From positions 25 to 64,024 of the forward strand of contig CAMDGV010000018.1 in assembly GCA_945898055.1 (NCBI GenBank): DNA of 64,000 nucleotides, in the 5' to 3' direction. Under the pieces are notes generated by a model, which worked only from the letters and a program-made list of their open reading frames with translations, made no database searches and was not told the origin of the DNA. A program made the translations under genes and the position numbers. The DNA is from Akkermansia muciniphila. Its GTDB lineage: Bacteria; Verrucomicrobiota; Verrucomicrobiia; Limisphaerales; UBA9464. This document shows, in pieces, positions 9,482 through 19,432 of the stretch (positions within the stretch are counted from its first letter, which is position 1; each line of letters begins with the position of its first letter).

Positions 9482-9903
9482 TCACGCTACTTGTCATTCA
9501 CCTCGCCTGCAGCTGTGCCCTTGTCGGGCTGATCTGGACGATTCAAGTGGTGCACTATCCATTGTTGAAACAGGTGGGGCGTGAGGAATTTGTCGCTTAT
9601 CATAAGCGGCACATGTCGCTGATTATTTGGCTGGTTGGTCCGCTGATGCTGGCGGAGCTTGGCAGTGCCGGTTGGCTGCTATTTCTGGGGGAACGTTCGT
9701 TGTTCTTTGTCGTCAGCCTCGCCGCTTTGGCCTTGGCTTGGGTTTGCACGGCTTTTTTTCAAGTGCCGCTTCACCAAAAACTTGCGTCGGGCTACGATAT
9801 CGACTCGATTGATCGACTGGTGCGGACGAACAGCTGGCGCACCCTCTGCTGGACCATCCGTAGCCTGTGCCTCTGCTGGCTACTTATCCAAAAGTTTCAT
9901 TAA
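9478..9903 (+). CDS. Conserved four-helix membrane protein
   Basis: GLIWTIQVVHYP...QVPLH..L...LVRTNSWRT. Hydrophobic, with ATGA coupling to the upstream gene. Confidence 0.7.
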   Translation: MITLLVIHLACSCALVGLIWTIQVVHYPLLKQVGREEFVAYHKRHMSLIIWLVGPLMLAELGSAGWLLFLGERSLFFVVSLAALALAWVCTAFFQVPLHQKLASGYDIDSIDRLVRTNSWRTLCWTIRSLCLCWLLIQKFH

Positions 9904-9923
9904 CACATCATCCCCGCGATATT

Positions 9924-10295
9924 TCACACTAGCACCCCACTCGCCGCCAGCGCGGCAACGATGTTACTGGCAGGAAATCGGATTTTCAGTGCGAGGGGTT
10001 TTGGGATCGTTCCCGTTAGTTGCGGCGGGCGAGGGCGTTGGCGAGTCGGCGGAATCCAGACGGGCCAGAGGAGCTGGTTGAGAATTTGGGTGATGGGTTG
10101 AGTAAGCTTTAGCGCGGCGGCGACGACGAAGCAGAGAATCATCGTGAAACTGAGAAACGGGAACAGCGAGAGGGCGACACCGAGGCCGAGGGTGAAGGCG
10201 ATGCGGCCGGGGGTGATGCCTTGGGTGAGCTGGGCGGTGATCGGGCCGACGATACGGCGACGGAGGAACGAAGGCTTGGGCGCGGGCGGGCTCAT
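9924..10295 (-). pseudogene. DUF2062-family membrane protein, truncated
   Basis: LTQGITPGRIAFTLGLG..LSLFP...LTQP..QI.NQL. The sequence degenerates after about 80 aa. Confidence 0.65.
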
Positions 10296-10554
10296 TTGAG
10301 TTGGGACCAGAAACCGAGGGGGTAGATCGCGACGCCGATCACGGTGAGACCGCCAGGAAGGGCGAAGCGGGGCGGGTTGCGGCGCGGGAAGACTTGGTTG
10401 AGTTCCTCGATGCCGGAGATGCGGAAGAGCTCAATGAGCATGTAAAGTGGCATGGCGAGATTTCCTCAGAGAATGATCCCGATGAACCAAAGGATACGGA
10501 CCGCGAGCGTGGTTTCCTTCCAGGCGACCCAGTCGATGAAGGCGATAAAGGCGA
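10292..10554 (-). pseudogene. DUF1475-like membrane protein C-terminal fragment, cut by the RAYT element
   Basis: Hand translation FIAFIDWVAWKETTLAVRILWFIGIIL*GNLAMPLYMLIELFR contains an in-frame TGA. Confidence 0.55.
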
Positions 10555-11239
10555 TAAAGGAGTCAGTTCTTAATATTGATAGGTGAAGCGGCCAAAGCCA
10601 GTCTCCCAGGTTGGCCCGCCAGTTGAGAGTCGAGTCTGCTGGCGCGATTTATCCCGTCATGAATCGCGGTGACCGGCGCGAACGGATCTTCAGGGATGCT
10701 GCGGATCGCCAGCGCTTCGTCGAGACGCTGGGGGAGGTTTGCGCCAAGACGGGCTGGCAGGTTCACGCCTCTGTCCTCAGGCCGAGTCATTTTTATTGGG
10801 TGGTCGAGACGCCGTAGCCCAATTGGGTCGCTGGGATGCATGGTTGCTGGGCACTGACCCGAGTCGCCTCAATTGGCGGCCCAAGCTCTTCGGCCACTTG
10901 TTCTCCGGGCGCTCCAAGTCGCTGATCGTGGACGGATCTGGCAGCGGTTATCTCAAGAGCGTGGGCGATTACGTTCACTTGAATCCGGCGCGGGGCGGAG
11001 GAAGGCGAGGAGACGTTTCGGGAGGAGTTGCTGACGCAGATGAGCGAGCGGATGGGGGCGAAGCATTACCGCGAAGGTCGCTCGGAGACGGCGGAGGCGC
11101 TGGCGGGCGGAGACGACGATGACGGTAGGGTGGATCGCCGAGCTTCTGGCGATGGGCACGCGCGGTTCTCTGAACCCTCTCTTGGATCGCCGGAGGAAGC
11201 TGGGCGGGGAGTAGCCGATATCAATAACTGACTCTTTAC
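10555..11239 (+). mobile_element. Degenerate, internally deleted RAYT/IS200-like Y1 (HUH) transposase element with inverted ends
   Basis: MARQLRVE.AGAIY.VMNRGDRRE.IF...W.VHA...H.. and HLFSGR.KSLIV...YVHLNPAR, with stops and frameshifts. Left end TAAAGGAGTCAGTT..ATTGATA is inverted relative to right end TATCAATAACTGACTCTTTA. Confidence 0.85.
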
Positions 11240-11401
11240 AGACGCCCCATCGACCAAGCGGTGGTCGGCGGCGTGGAATTCGATGGGCACCGCCTGATCG
11301 CGAAGTGTCAACAAAGCAAATCCTGATTAAGGATTGATTTATATCTCCAAATTTCATCCTCTCATTGTACTAGGCTTCTGAAGCTTCAAATTTTTCCCAA
11401 G

Positions 11402-13984
11402 TTGAAAATGTTTCGCTGCACCCTTCGACCTTCTTCAGATCATGGCCTTGGCTTTCAAACGGTCCTTCTTCTTCTATTCGCCTGGCTCGCGTGCCCTCAC
11501 TTGGTCGCTGCGGTTCGAGGCACGCCCGAGTATTTCCAGAAGGAGACGCGGTGGCGCAATTCCCCGGAGTGGGATGAGATGGAGAAGGTCTATCAAGAGG
11601 GCGACGAGGCGGCGGTGATGTCACTGCGGGCGAAGAATCCGGAACTGACCGAGGTGTTCGAACTGTCCTTCACTTCAATCGTCGGTTGGGCTGCGCGCAA
11701 CGGGGCAACCAATTTGCTGGCGGATTTGATCCGGAATGGAGCCCTCAAGCAGAAGTCAGAGGATTCGTTCCATGGGCCGGGTCTGGGGGATGCCGCAGCG
11801 GGCGGTTGGGCGCGCTGTGTCCGCATGCTCCTTGACGGTGGCGCCGACCCGATGGGTTCCACCTTTTTTCAGGGGAGCGCCATCGAGCAATCGATCGTGA
11901 CTTGGAACCAACAGGGCACGATCGGTAGCCCCATGTCGAAAAAACAGGCTTCCCGCGTGGAACGGGAGGAATCCGTCCGGTTGCTTCTGAAGGCCGGGGT
12001 GAATCTCTTCGCCCCCCGCGCATCGCAGGATTCGAACTTGGTTTCCTTTGTTTTTAACGCAATCCCCCCCGACTCCAAAGCCTTGGTCGAACTGCTCCTG
12101 ACGAATGCCATTCCACCCCGTCAGGTCAGTCCGGTGGGAAACACGCTCTTGCATGCCGCGGCGTTTCTGGGATCCACGCAATCCCTAGCCACTCTCGTGC
12201 AGCGGGGCGGAGACGTCCAAGTGACCAACCTCCTCGGCTGGACGCCGCTGCATTCCGTCGCGGGCACCTGGTCGACCGATGGCGCGCCGCAATTCTATTC
12301 CTGGGGGCGAGACAATTTCTCGTTGCGAGAGTTGTTTGCCTGGTCGCCCGGATTCCTGCTCGGGGCCGACGATCGCAGGAAGATCTCAACGCAACTCATC
12401 CGATACGGAGCCCGCCACGATGTCTTTTCCGCGGCGGGTCTGGGGGACCTCGCGGTGCTCAAGAGGTTGCTTGCGAAACGTCCCGGAGATATCGCCGCAC
12501 GCGATGCCCGCGGGCGCACGCCCCTGCACTGGGCGGCGCTCGGAAATCAGCCGATAGCGATCGCCGTGCTTGTTGGAGCCGGTTCCGATCTGGCGGCACT
12601 CGACGACGATGGCAACAGCGCGCTGCACCTGTCGCTGCTTCGCTGTCCGTCGAAGGGGTTTGTTGCGTTGCTGGCCGCCAAGGCGCCTCTGGATCGGCCA
12701 AACAAGAATGGGGACGCGCCCTTGGGGTGGGCCACCTACAACTCCCAGGCGATGTTCAAACTGCTCGAGGCGGGAGCCCGTCCGGCGCCGAAGGGAGCCG
12801 AGCCACCGCTGTTGGGTCCGGTGCAACAGGCGGTCAATGCGATGTATCATCTTGCCTTCGTCCGTCAGGGGTGGTTCAGGCCAGGACACCCCCCAGCCCG
12901 GCTCCATACCCTGTCCGGCAATGTCGTTCCTCTGCCGCTGGATGAGGTCCCCTCCGAGATGGATCGTGTCTTGAAACTTCTGACCGCTGGGGCCAGCCCG
13001 GGGGCAGTCGGTCGGGATGGCAGAACGCCGTTGGAGATCGCGTGTGAAGCCTCGCTCTTGAACCTCATCGAGGTCTTGGTACGGGCGGGAGGGGACCTTC
13101 AATCCCTAGGTGCCACGGGAGACCCGGCTTGGTTCCACGTGCTTTCGAAACCTGCCGAGAGCGTCTACGTAGAGCATCCGGGTTGGAAATTCCGCGTAGC
13201 CTCTCAGGCGCCCACGTCGGCGCGTGCGGGTCTCGAAAAGGCGAACCTCCAAACAATACCCCCGGTGATCCGCCCCGAAGCGGTCCTTGGGTTTCTGGCC
13301 GGGCTCGGAGCACAGATGACCTCCACCAATACCGCCGGGCAGAACGCCCTTCATGTGCTCGGCCGTGGAGTCAGGAAAGTCCCTATCGACAAGATCACCG
13401 CGATGTTCGGCTTCGGCAGCCCCCTGCTGGCCCGGGGAGACCGAACCAATGCCCAGACGGCCCGCATTCAGAATCTCGTGCAGTCCGGTCTTTCTCTGGA
13501 ATCCCGAGATCTGGAGGGGAACACGCCTTGGCTGATCGCGTGGCGCCACGCCCAGACGGAGGCCGCGGAGGAGTTCGTCCGTGCCGGCGCAAACACCCGG
13601 ACGACCAATCACGCGGGCATGAATGCGCTCCACCTAGTCTGCCAACCTCACCCTAGCACGGTTTCGGCCAAATTCGCCCAAATGCCACGGTTCATGGGGC
13701 CGGTGGTGGGGCATCTCGTGAAGCAAGGAGTCGATCCCAATGCGCAGGATGCCCAGGGGCGGAGTCCACTCCATTACGCCATTGCCCCGTTTCATCAGAC
13801 CTATGTGGCCGTGGAACTGGTCGAAGCGGGGGCAGATCCCCTCGTGCGTGATGCCCAGGGCCGCACGCCGCTTGCCCTAGCGGAGGAGGCGGGCCGGGCT
13901 GATCTAGTCGCTTTTTTCAAGGATCCCAAGAACGCAAACCCGTTTACCCGTCCCCGGCCCCGCGTGGCACCCACGCCGCCGTGA
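11402..13984 (+). CDS. Ankyrin repeat protein, probably exported
   Basis: Many ankyrin motifs (GNTLLHAAA, GWTPLH, GRTPLHWAA, GNSALHL, GRSPLHYA, GRTPLALA) and a hydrophobic N-terminal segment. Confidence 0.9.
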   Translation: MKMFRCTLRPSSDHGLGFQTVLLLLFAWLACPHLVAAVRGTPEYFQKETRWRNSPEWDEMEKVYQEGDEAAVMSLRAKNPELTEVFELSFTSIVGWAARNGATNLLADLIRNGALKQKSEDSFHGPGLGDAAAGGWARCVRMLLDGGADPMGSTFFQGSAIEQSIVTWNQQGTIGSPMSKKQASRVEREESVRLLLKAGVNLFAPRASQDSNLVSFVFNAIPPDSKALVELLLTNAIPPRQVSPVGNTLLHAAAFLGSTQSLATLVQRGGDVQVTNLLGWTPLHSVAGTWSTDGAPQFYSWGRDNFSLRELFAWSPGFLLGADDRRKISTQLIRYGARHDVFSAAGLGDLAVLKRLLAKRPGDIAARDARGRTPLHWAALGNQPIAIAVLVGAGSDLAALDDDGNSALHLSLLRCPSKGFVALLAAKAPLDRPNKNGDAPLGWATYNSQAMFKLLEAGARPAPKGAEPPLLGPVQQAVNAMYHLAFVRQGWFRPGHPPARLHTLSGNVVPLPLDEVPSEMDRVLKLLTAGASPGAVGRDGRTPLEIACEASLLNLIEVLVRAGGDLQSLGATGDPAWFHVLSKPAESVYVEHPGWKFRVASQAPTSARAGLEKANLQTIPPVIRPEAVLGFLAGLGAQMTSTNTAGQNALHVLGRGVRKVPIDKITAMFGFGSPLLARGDRTNAQTARIQNLVQSGLSLESRDLEGNTPWLIAWRHAQTEAAEEFVRAGANTRTTNHAGMNALHLVCQPHPSTVSAKFAQMPRFMGPVVGHLVKQGVDPNAQDAQGRSPLHYAIAPFHQTYVAVELVEAGADPLVRDAQGRTPLALAEEAGRADLVAFFKDPKNANPFTRPRPRVAPTPP

Positions 13985-14049
13985 GGTCCTGCTCTCCTAT
14001 TCCTTCACCCACACGGGTGCCCACAACCGTTGGCCGTCTAACGCCATCG

Positions 14050-14185
14050 AGCATCGGGCGATGTTGTTTATCGTCACGCCGACAGATCCAAACCATTGAA
14101 GCCGCGATAGGCCTCGGGCACGACCAGCAGCTCGGTCGAAGCACCAGCCGCGGTCAGTCGGCAGGCATAATCCAAATCCTCATTT
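14050..14185 (-). pseudogene. Alpha/beta hydrolase (HSL/esterase family) C-terminal fragment
   Basis: EDLDYACRLTAAGASTELLVVPEAYRGF resembles E...YA.RL..AGV..EL...PG..HGF. It starts exactly at repeat copy 2. Confidence 0.55.
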
Positions 14186-14188
14186 TTT

Positions 14189-14215
14189 CCTCCGCGTAAA
14201 AAAAGCAAATTCCCA
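14189..14215 (+). repeat. Dispersed junction repeat, copy 2
   Basis: CCTCCGCGTAAAAAAAGCAAATTCCCA. Confidence 0.85.
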
Positions 14216-14584
14216 TGAGTAATTTGAAGAACGCTTGAAAGATCTGCAACCGTGAAGGTGCGCTCCATCGAAAAGAAAATTTAGGTTTATGGGAATTTTC
14301 GAGAAGGTATTTGGCAAAAAAAGCAAAGCCGATCGCAAGACGCAGAATCGGCTGGCGAGGGCGTAACACATAAAAAATCATTATCTCAAATTGGCGAAAC
14401 CTTTATCTCCTTTGGTGGGAATACTGGCTATAAAACCACAAGACCGCTCACGGATGACCAAATCAAGAAATTACGGCAGTCTACGATCCCGCTAATGGCA
14501 ACGGACTTATATATGACTATTGGACTGACCATCTCGTGTGCAAGGATCCAGACGATCAGACGTGGCAAAATCAGGTGATGTTTT

Positions 14585-15031
14585 TTGGAAAGCAGAAGAG
14601 CCATTTCCAAAAAATTCCTACCTTTTATATTTGAGACGTTTAAAACTAAGCGCTTTTTCTTCGTCGGCGACACGTCGAAAATTTCATCGGAAGTAGGAAA
14701 AGCAACGCCTTGGTTCGGTATGCCGGGTTTGGGTGATAAACAGGTTTGCAAAGTAAATTCACAAAATGTTGCTATACGAGAAATGCATAAAATGGGAGGT
14801 GTCAAATACGTGAAGCCCGTCGAGTTGATACATCAGAACCTTGAAATACTAAAAGACCGAGATAAGTACATGTTCTTGATTGACCGCAGAATTACCCCAT
14901 TTAAGGACAATAACTTCTACCTAGAAGGTCGTCCTATTCCGATTGACGCAGCTTACAATGTTGGCGGGATTCATATTGTTGTGACGGACACTTTCTCAGG
15001 TGATCTTTCTCAACCTGACCCTCCGCGCTAA
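14585..15031 (+). CDS. Hypothetical AT-rich protein fragment that ends inside repeat copy 3
   Basis: 148-aa ORF in an AT-rich segment. Its stop codon lies within the repeat. Confidence 0.4.
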   Translation: MESRRAISKKFLPFIFETFKTKRFFFVGDTSKISSEVGKATPWFGMPGLGDKQVCKVNSQNVAIREMHKMGGVKYVKPVELIHQNLEILKDRDKYMFLIDRRITPFKDNNFYLEGRPIPIDAAYNVGGIHIVVTDTFSGDLSQPDPPR

Positions 15032-15046
15032 AAAAGCAAATTCCTA
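15019..15046 (+). repeat. Dispersed junction repeat, copy 3
   Basis: CCCTCCGCGCTAAAAAAGCAAATTCCTA followed by TCAATTGG. Confidence 0.85.
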
Positions 15047-15126
15047 TCAATTGGTGTTGCAGTGTATGGATTCTCAGTAATAGATCGTCCCTCTGATGCC
15101 CAGAAAGTTACTTGCCGAGTACTCAC

Positions 15127-15621
15127 TCAATTAGCAGAACTCTCACTTCGAACCTTGATGGCAATGATTACCCTCGTGAGGCGACGCCGATTGTATTGCT
15201 GAAGCAGGCACGGGTAGAGATTGCCAAAAACGTTAAGACTCAAGTAGGCCAACGCCATTTCATTACCGACGTACCACCATGCCGTAAAATTGAGTACTAG
15301 CATTGCTGCGAATCCAACCCAATGCACTACTTCTGCGGTTTTTATATGCACCATTACCGAATCCAGTGTCGCTAAATTTCGACTTGTCGAGAAGCGAATA
15401 TTTGGTTTAAAAAATCGCAAAGGGGTTGCTAGAAGTATTTTGCGATACCAAAGTACACCCAACCTTTCGTATGGTTTCGATCCAGAAAACAAATAACGAT
15501 CACTAAACCTTTCATAAATAGACATTCGGCGCAGAATCGTATTTCCCATCATTCCGAAGAGAAACGAGAAGAACATTACTGCCCCCGGATTGCCTAACAA
15601 AATCAGGCCTAACAAACTCAT
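15127..15621 (-). CDS. Glycosyl-4,4'-diaponeurosporenoate acyltransferase (CrtO)-like membrane protein
   Basis: YERLGV..YRKIL, AEVVHW, N.FGNLYP.LLQQYNR.RL motifs. Confidence 0.7.
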   Translation of the reverse strand: MSLLGLILLGNPGAVMFFSFLFGMMGNTILRRMSIYERFSDRYLFSGSKPYERLGVLWYRKILLATPLRFFKPNIRFSTSRNLATLDSVMVHIKTAEVVHWVGFAAMLVLNFTAWWYVGNEMALAYLSLNVFGNLYPCLLQQYNRRRLTRVIIAIKVRSESSAN

Positions 15622-15708
15622 AAATGCTCCTAAGTTTTTATGTCAACGCAACGGTGCCGGTGAGTTGTTTTGTATTCGTGTCTAGTCGGCAAATCCTTGG
15701 GCCTTTTC

Positions 15709-15736
15709 CCCTCCGTGTCAAAAAAGCAATTTCCTA
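15709..15736 (+). repeat. Dispersed junction repeat, copy 4
   Basis: CCCTCCGTGTCAAAAAAGCAATTTCCTA. Confidence 0.85.
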
Positions 15737-15785
15737 GCAGTCATCGGGGTTGCGCTTTTGAGGTTTGGTTGGATAATCGTCGCCG

Positions 15786-16670
15786 ATGTTAAAGAAACTT
15801 TCTCGGACGGTGATTACCCTGATAACTGTGGGCAGCGCGTGGGCCGAAGACCGGTTTGTAGCCCCTTCGTATACTGGGGCCCTCGAAGTGAATGCGGGCT
15901 ATTCGGCCGGTGCGGACATCCGCCTGGGAACCCGCGAATTGGGCAATCTGGACGCCACCCGAACTCGGTTGGAGTACAAGGGGATCTTCGACCCGGGCGC
16001 TGCATTGAATTGGGGTGTTGGGGTGGTCTACACGCGATGGGATTTTGGTCGTGATTCGGGTAATCCGCTGCCGGCCAATTTGCAGTCGGTGGCCCTCCCG
16101 CTCACGATGTCTTGGCGCTTCAGAGAAGGTTGGCAGGCATTCGGAGAGGTTTCACCGGGCCTTTATTCCGACTTCGAGCAGGTGAGTGGGGATGATTTCA
16201 ATGCACCGTTCATCGGTGGGGTGGGCTACACGGTGAATCCGGATCTTCAGGTGTTTCTTTCGTTTAGCGTAGATCCGAGACGGGATATTCCGGTGGTGGG
16301 CGGGCCGGGAGTTCGTTGGCGCTTTGCCGAGCAATGGACATTGTCACTGCTTCTGCCTCGTCCGCAGATCCAGTATCGTCCTTCGGAGAACTGGACTTTC
16401 CATGTCGGAGCCGAAATGACGGGTGGAGCCTTCCATCTAAATCCGCACTTTGGCCGGGACCGCGGTCTGGCCGCTATGGATGACCAGATAGTCACTTATC
16501 GCGAGATTCGCACGGGCGTCGGTGCACGCTGGGGCGGGCCGCAGGGTTTCTACGCCTCGCTTGAGGCAGGTTGGATGATCGATCGGCGGTTCGTGCTCGA
16601 TAAGGTACGCCTCCAGTTCAATGGAGACGGTGCCGCCTACGGTCAGTTGGCCGTCGGCTACCGGTACTAA
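15786..16670 (+). CDS. Outer-membrane beta-barrel protein (DUF6268-like)
   Basis: Signal peptide, alternating aromatic beta-strands, PGLYSDF, GPGVRW, C-terminal GYRY. Confidence 0.75.
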   Translation: MLKKLSRTVITLITVGSAWAEDRFVAPSYTGALEVNAGYSAGADIRLGTRELGNLDATRTRLEYKGIFDPGAALNWGVGVVYTRWDFGRDSGNPLPANLQSVALPLTMSWRFREGWQAFGEVSPGLYSDFEQVSGDDFNAPFIGGVGYTVNPDLQVFLSFSVDPRRDIPVVGGPGVRWRFAEQWTLSLLLPRPQIQYRPSENWTFHVGAEMTGGAFHLNPHFGRDRGLAAMDDQIVTYREIRTGVGARWGGPQGFYASLEAGWMIDRRFVLDKVRLQFNGDGAAYGQLAVGYRY

Positions 16671-17023
16671 AGGCTTCCGCCTCAGGGGACGGTCGGGTCC
16701 GCTGCGGGTTAGCAGTACTGACTCAAGAGAAGCGTGTGAAAAGTCCACGCGACTTGACGTTTTCAAGTCGCGGCGGCGGGTCTCGGCGAACTAGGCGTGC
16801 TCCGGTGGCGGACTTTCGGAGCGCGCCTGTGCTGAAAGCCAGTCGCAGCAGTATTGAAGGAAAGGGGGAGTGAGAAAAGTCCACGCGATTTAGGTCGACC
16901 TTTCGCCCCGCCTTCGATCGTGGAATATTCTACTTTCGGCAACTAGGGAACGATGGGGTTGGGCGACCGCTTACGATAATTTTGCAATGCGGTGAAGTCA
17001 GTGCAGTCTGTCGGACCCTTGTT

Positions 17024-18481
17024 TCAGGCCATTATTTCAGGCACCACCCGTCCATGAATATCGGTGAGTCGAAAATCACGACCTGCATGTCTGTAGGTGA
17101 AAGTTTCGTGATCGAATCCAAGGAGTGCCAACAGAGTGGCGTGAAGGTCATGAACATGGACGGGGTTTTCGGCGGCGGCGAAGCCGAATTCATCGGTGGA
17201 ACCATAAACGGATCCGCCTTTAACTCCCCCACCAGCTAACCACATAGAGAAACCGTGATTGTTGTGATCACGCCCATTAATCTTACCAGAATTGGCCCCC
17301 GGCGTCGGGAGTTCAACGGTCGGAGTGCGACCGAACTCACCGCCCCAAATTACCAACGTATCGTCCAACAGACCGCGTTGTTTCAGGTCCTTGAGTAAAG
17401 CGGCAATCGGTTGATCCGATTCGCGCGCAAGTCGCCGGTGATTGGTCTCGAGATCGTCATGATTATCCCAAGGTTGACCGGCCCCGTGCCAAACCTGAAC
17501 AAAGCGGACCCCCCGTTCGACGAGGCGTCGAGCAATGAGGAGTTGACGCGCTTGAGTTCCTTCGCCGTACATGGCTCGGATGTGTGCGGGTTCGCGTTGG
17601 ATATCAAAGGCATCGGTCGCGTCCATTTGCATTCTGGAAGCCAGTTCGAAGCTTTGAATCCGAGCATCAATTTGAGGATCGGGGTCGCGTTCGGAACGAT
17701 GTCGACTATTGAGTTGACGCAGGAGATTCAGTTGGGCCTGTTGAGCTGAGGGCGACGTATGGTGGTTGGAGATATTCTCGATCAGTCGATCAATTTGGGT
17801 ATGTTCGGTATTGATGTACGTGCCCTGATAAGTGCCCGGCAGGAAACCGCTCTGCCAATTTTGGGACTCCTGAATCGGATAACCACCGGGACACATCACC
17901 ACAAAGCCCGGCATATTTTGGTTGTCACTGCCCAGTCCGTAGGTGACCCAAGAACCAAAGCTAGGTCGTACTTGACGCGCTTCTCCGCAATTCATCAGGA
18001 GTAGGGACGGCTCGTGGTTGGGTACATCCGCTTTCATCGAGCGAATAATGCACATATCGTCGGCGCATTCAGCGGTTTTAGCGAACAGATCACTGATCTC
18101 GGTCCCACTTTTTCCATAACGTTTGAAGGAAAAGGGAGATCGCCAAGCCGAGCCTGTTTTTCGTTCGGTCGCAAAGTGAACGGGAATTTCCTTACCGTGC
18201 CAGCGGTCGAGAGAAGGCTTGGGATCAAAGGTGTCCACGTGAGAGGGACCGCCATTGGCAAAAATGTGGATGATCCTTTTTGCCCGCGCGGTTTTCTGAG
18301 CGGCCTTTGGCGATAAAGGATTGATGAAATTGTCGCCATGCGCTTGAGGAGTCAGCCATCCCGAGGATCCCATGAGTGAGGCGAGCCCCACCGATCCCAT
18401 CCCCATCCCACAGGTGCGGAGGAAGTGCCGACGCGATGGACGTTCAGAAGAACGGAAGTTGGGTAGCGAATTTGGCTTCAT
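17024..18481 (-). CDS. DUF1501 family protein (Tat-exported, sulfatase-like)
   Basis: SRRHFL Tat motif, GGPSHVDTFDPKP, ARRLVERGVRFVQ, WGGEFGRTP, GRDH, HVHDLHAT. Confidence 0.92.
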   Translation of the reverse strand: MKPNSLPNFRSSERPSRRHFLRTCGMGMGSVGLASLMGSSGWLTPQAHGDNFINPLSPKAAQKTARAKRIIHIFANGGPSHVDTFDPKPSLDRWHGKEIPVHFATERKTGSAWRSPFSFKRYGKSGTEISDLFAKTAECADDMCIIRSMKADVPNHEPSLLLMNCGEARQVRPSFGSWVTYGLGSDNQNMPGFVVMCPGGYPIQESQNWQSGFLPGTYQGTYINTEHTQIDRLIENISNHHTSPSAQQAQLNLLRQLNSRHRSERDPDPQIDARIQSFELASRMQMDATDAFDIQREPAHIRAMYGEGTQARQLLIARRLVERGVRFVQVWHGAGQPWDNHDDLETNHRRLARESDQPIAALLKDLKQRGLLDDTLVIWGGEFGRTPTVELPTPGANSGKINGRDHNNHGFSMWLAGGGVKGGSVYGSTDEFGFAAAENPVHVHDLHATLLALLGFDHETFTYRHAGRDFRLTDIHGRVVPEIMA

Positions 18482-18702
18482 GGGCGGAGCGGGCGACGGG
18501 GTTTGTCGATCTCTGATTCAGGAAATTTTCGAGGGCGTTTCAGAAAAAAATATCTGAAGGAATTCGCCCACGCACGAGTTCAGAGTAAGTGGGGCGGGGC
18601 TAATAGGTAAAACAGGAATTTGACCTCAAAGCGACTTGTTGATGGGCCGGTTCAAAGTCCCGATGCTAAAAATAACCCGTTTCATTAGCGCTCGGATTCG
18701 TC

Positions 18703-19218
18703 TTACTTACCGCAGAGGCAGGTGACCACGGGATCGGTGGCCACAGTAAGTCCGTTTTCTGTGGCTTTAGTGATGGTTTCTTCGATGCCACTGAGAAAAG
18801 CGTCATCGAGACCGTGTCCAGCGGGAACGAGGCATCTTTGATGGCGATAAAGGGTAGCTCCTTTAGGTAAGGTCTGAAGAGCTCTTTCGAACTCGGAGAG
18901 GGTATTGCAGTGCATTACTCGTTTTTCTTGACGGAATCCGACGCTGATTTGTGCTTTGGGATGATCTTCATCGCCAATATTAGCGATGAGAAATCCGTAG
19001 TCGGTGGTTAGAAACATGGGCACGAGCCGAAACCCAGTATTGAGGGTCTGTAGGACTAGGGGTTGGGCCGGTTCTTTTGCATCAACCGTCGACGAGACGG
19101 GAGTGGGGCGGCAGCCAGTTAGACTTAAACCGAGCCAAGCGGACCAGGCGATTTTGAAAAGGGAAGCGCGGATGGGATCCTGATTCTTTCCGTGAAGCGG
19201 TAAGGAAGGGGACATCAT
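18703..19218 (-). CDS. Hypothetical lipoprotein
   Basis: Lipobox-like LSLTGC after a hydrophobic stretch; 171-aa ORF. Confidence 0.55.
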   Translation of the reverse strand: MMSPSLPLHGKNQDPIRASLFKIAWSAWLGLSLTGCRPTPVSSTVDAKEPAQPLVLQTLNTGFRLVPMFLTTDYGFLIANIGDEDHPKAQISVGFRQEKRVMHCNTLSEFERALQTLPKGATLYRHQRCLVPAGHGLDDAFLSGIEETITKATENGLTVATDPVVTCLCGK

Positions 19219-19432
19219 TCAGGGTAGGGTGGGTGTTGAGATCCCTGCAGATTGAGGATGTCGACTGAATCGAAACAAGTTTTTCCGAAGACGAAGGAAT
19301 ATTTTTTGCGGATTTAGCCCCGTCAAACAACGTGTTTATCGTTTATAGCCCTCTTTAGAGCAGAGCGATTGATTTTCCTTGAAGCACGCCGCTTCCCATC
19401 GCCCTAGGGTCTGTGGCACACTTGGGTTTCCC

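Noticed and set aside
11240-11314. DHRLVDGA motif suggesting a 2-oxoacid dehydrogenase E2 gene
   Set aside because: Only about 20 codons of similarity; at most a tiny remnant.
14189-15736. Direct repeats as a CRISPR array
   Set aside because: Spacing is about 700-830 bp, the repeats are not palindromic and there are no cas genes.
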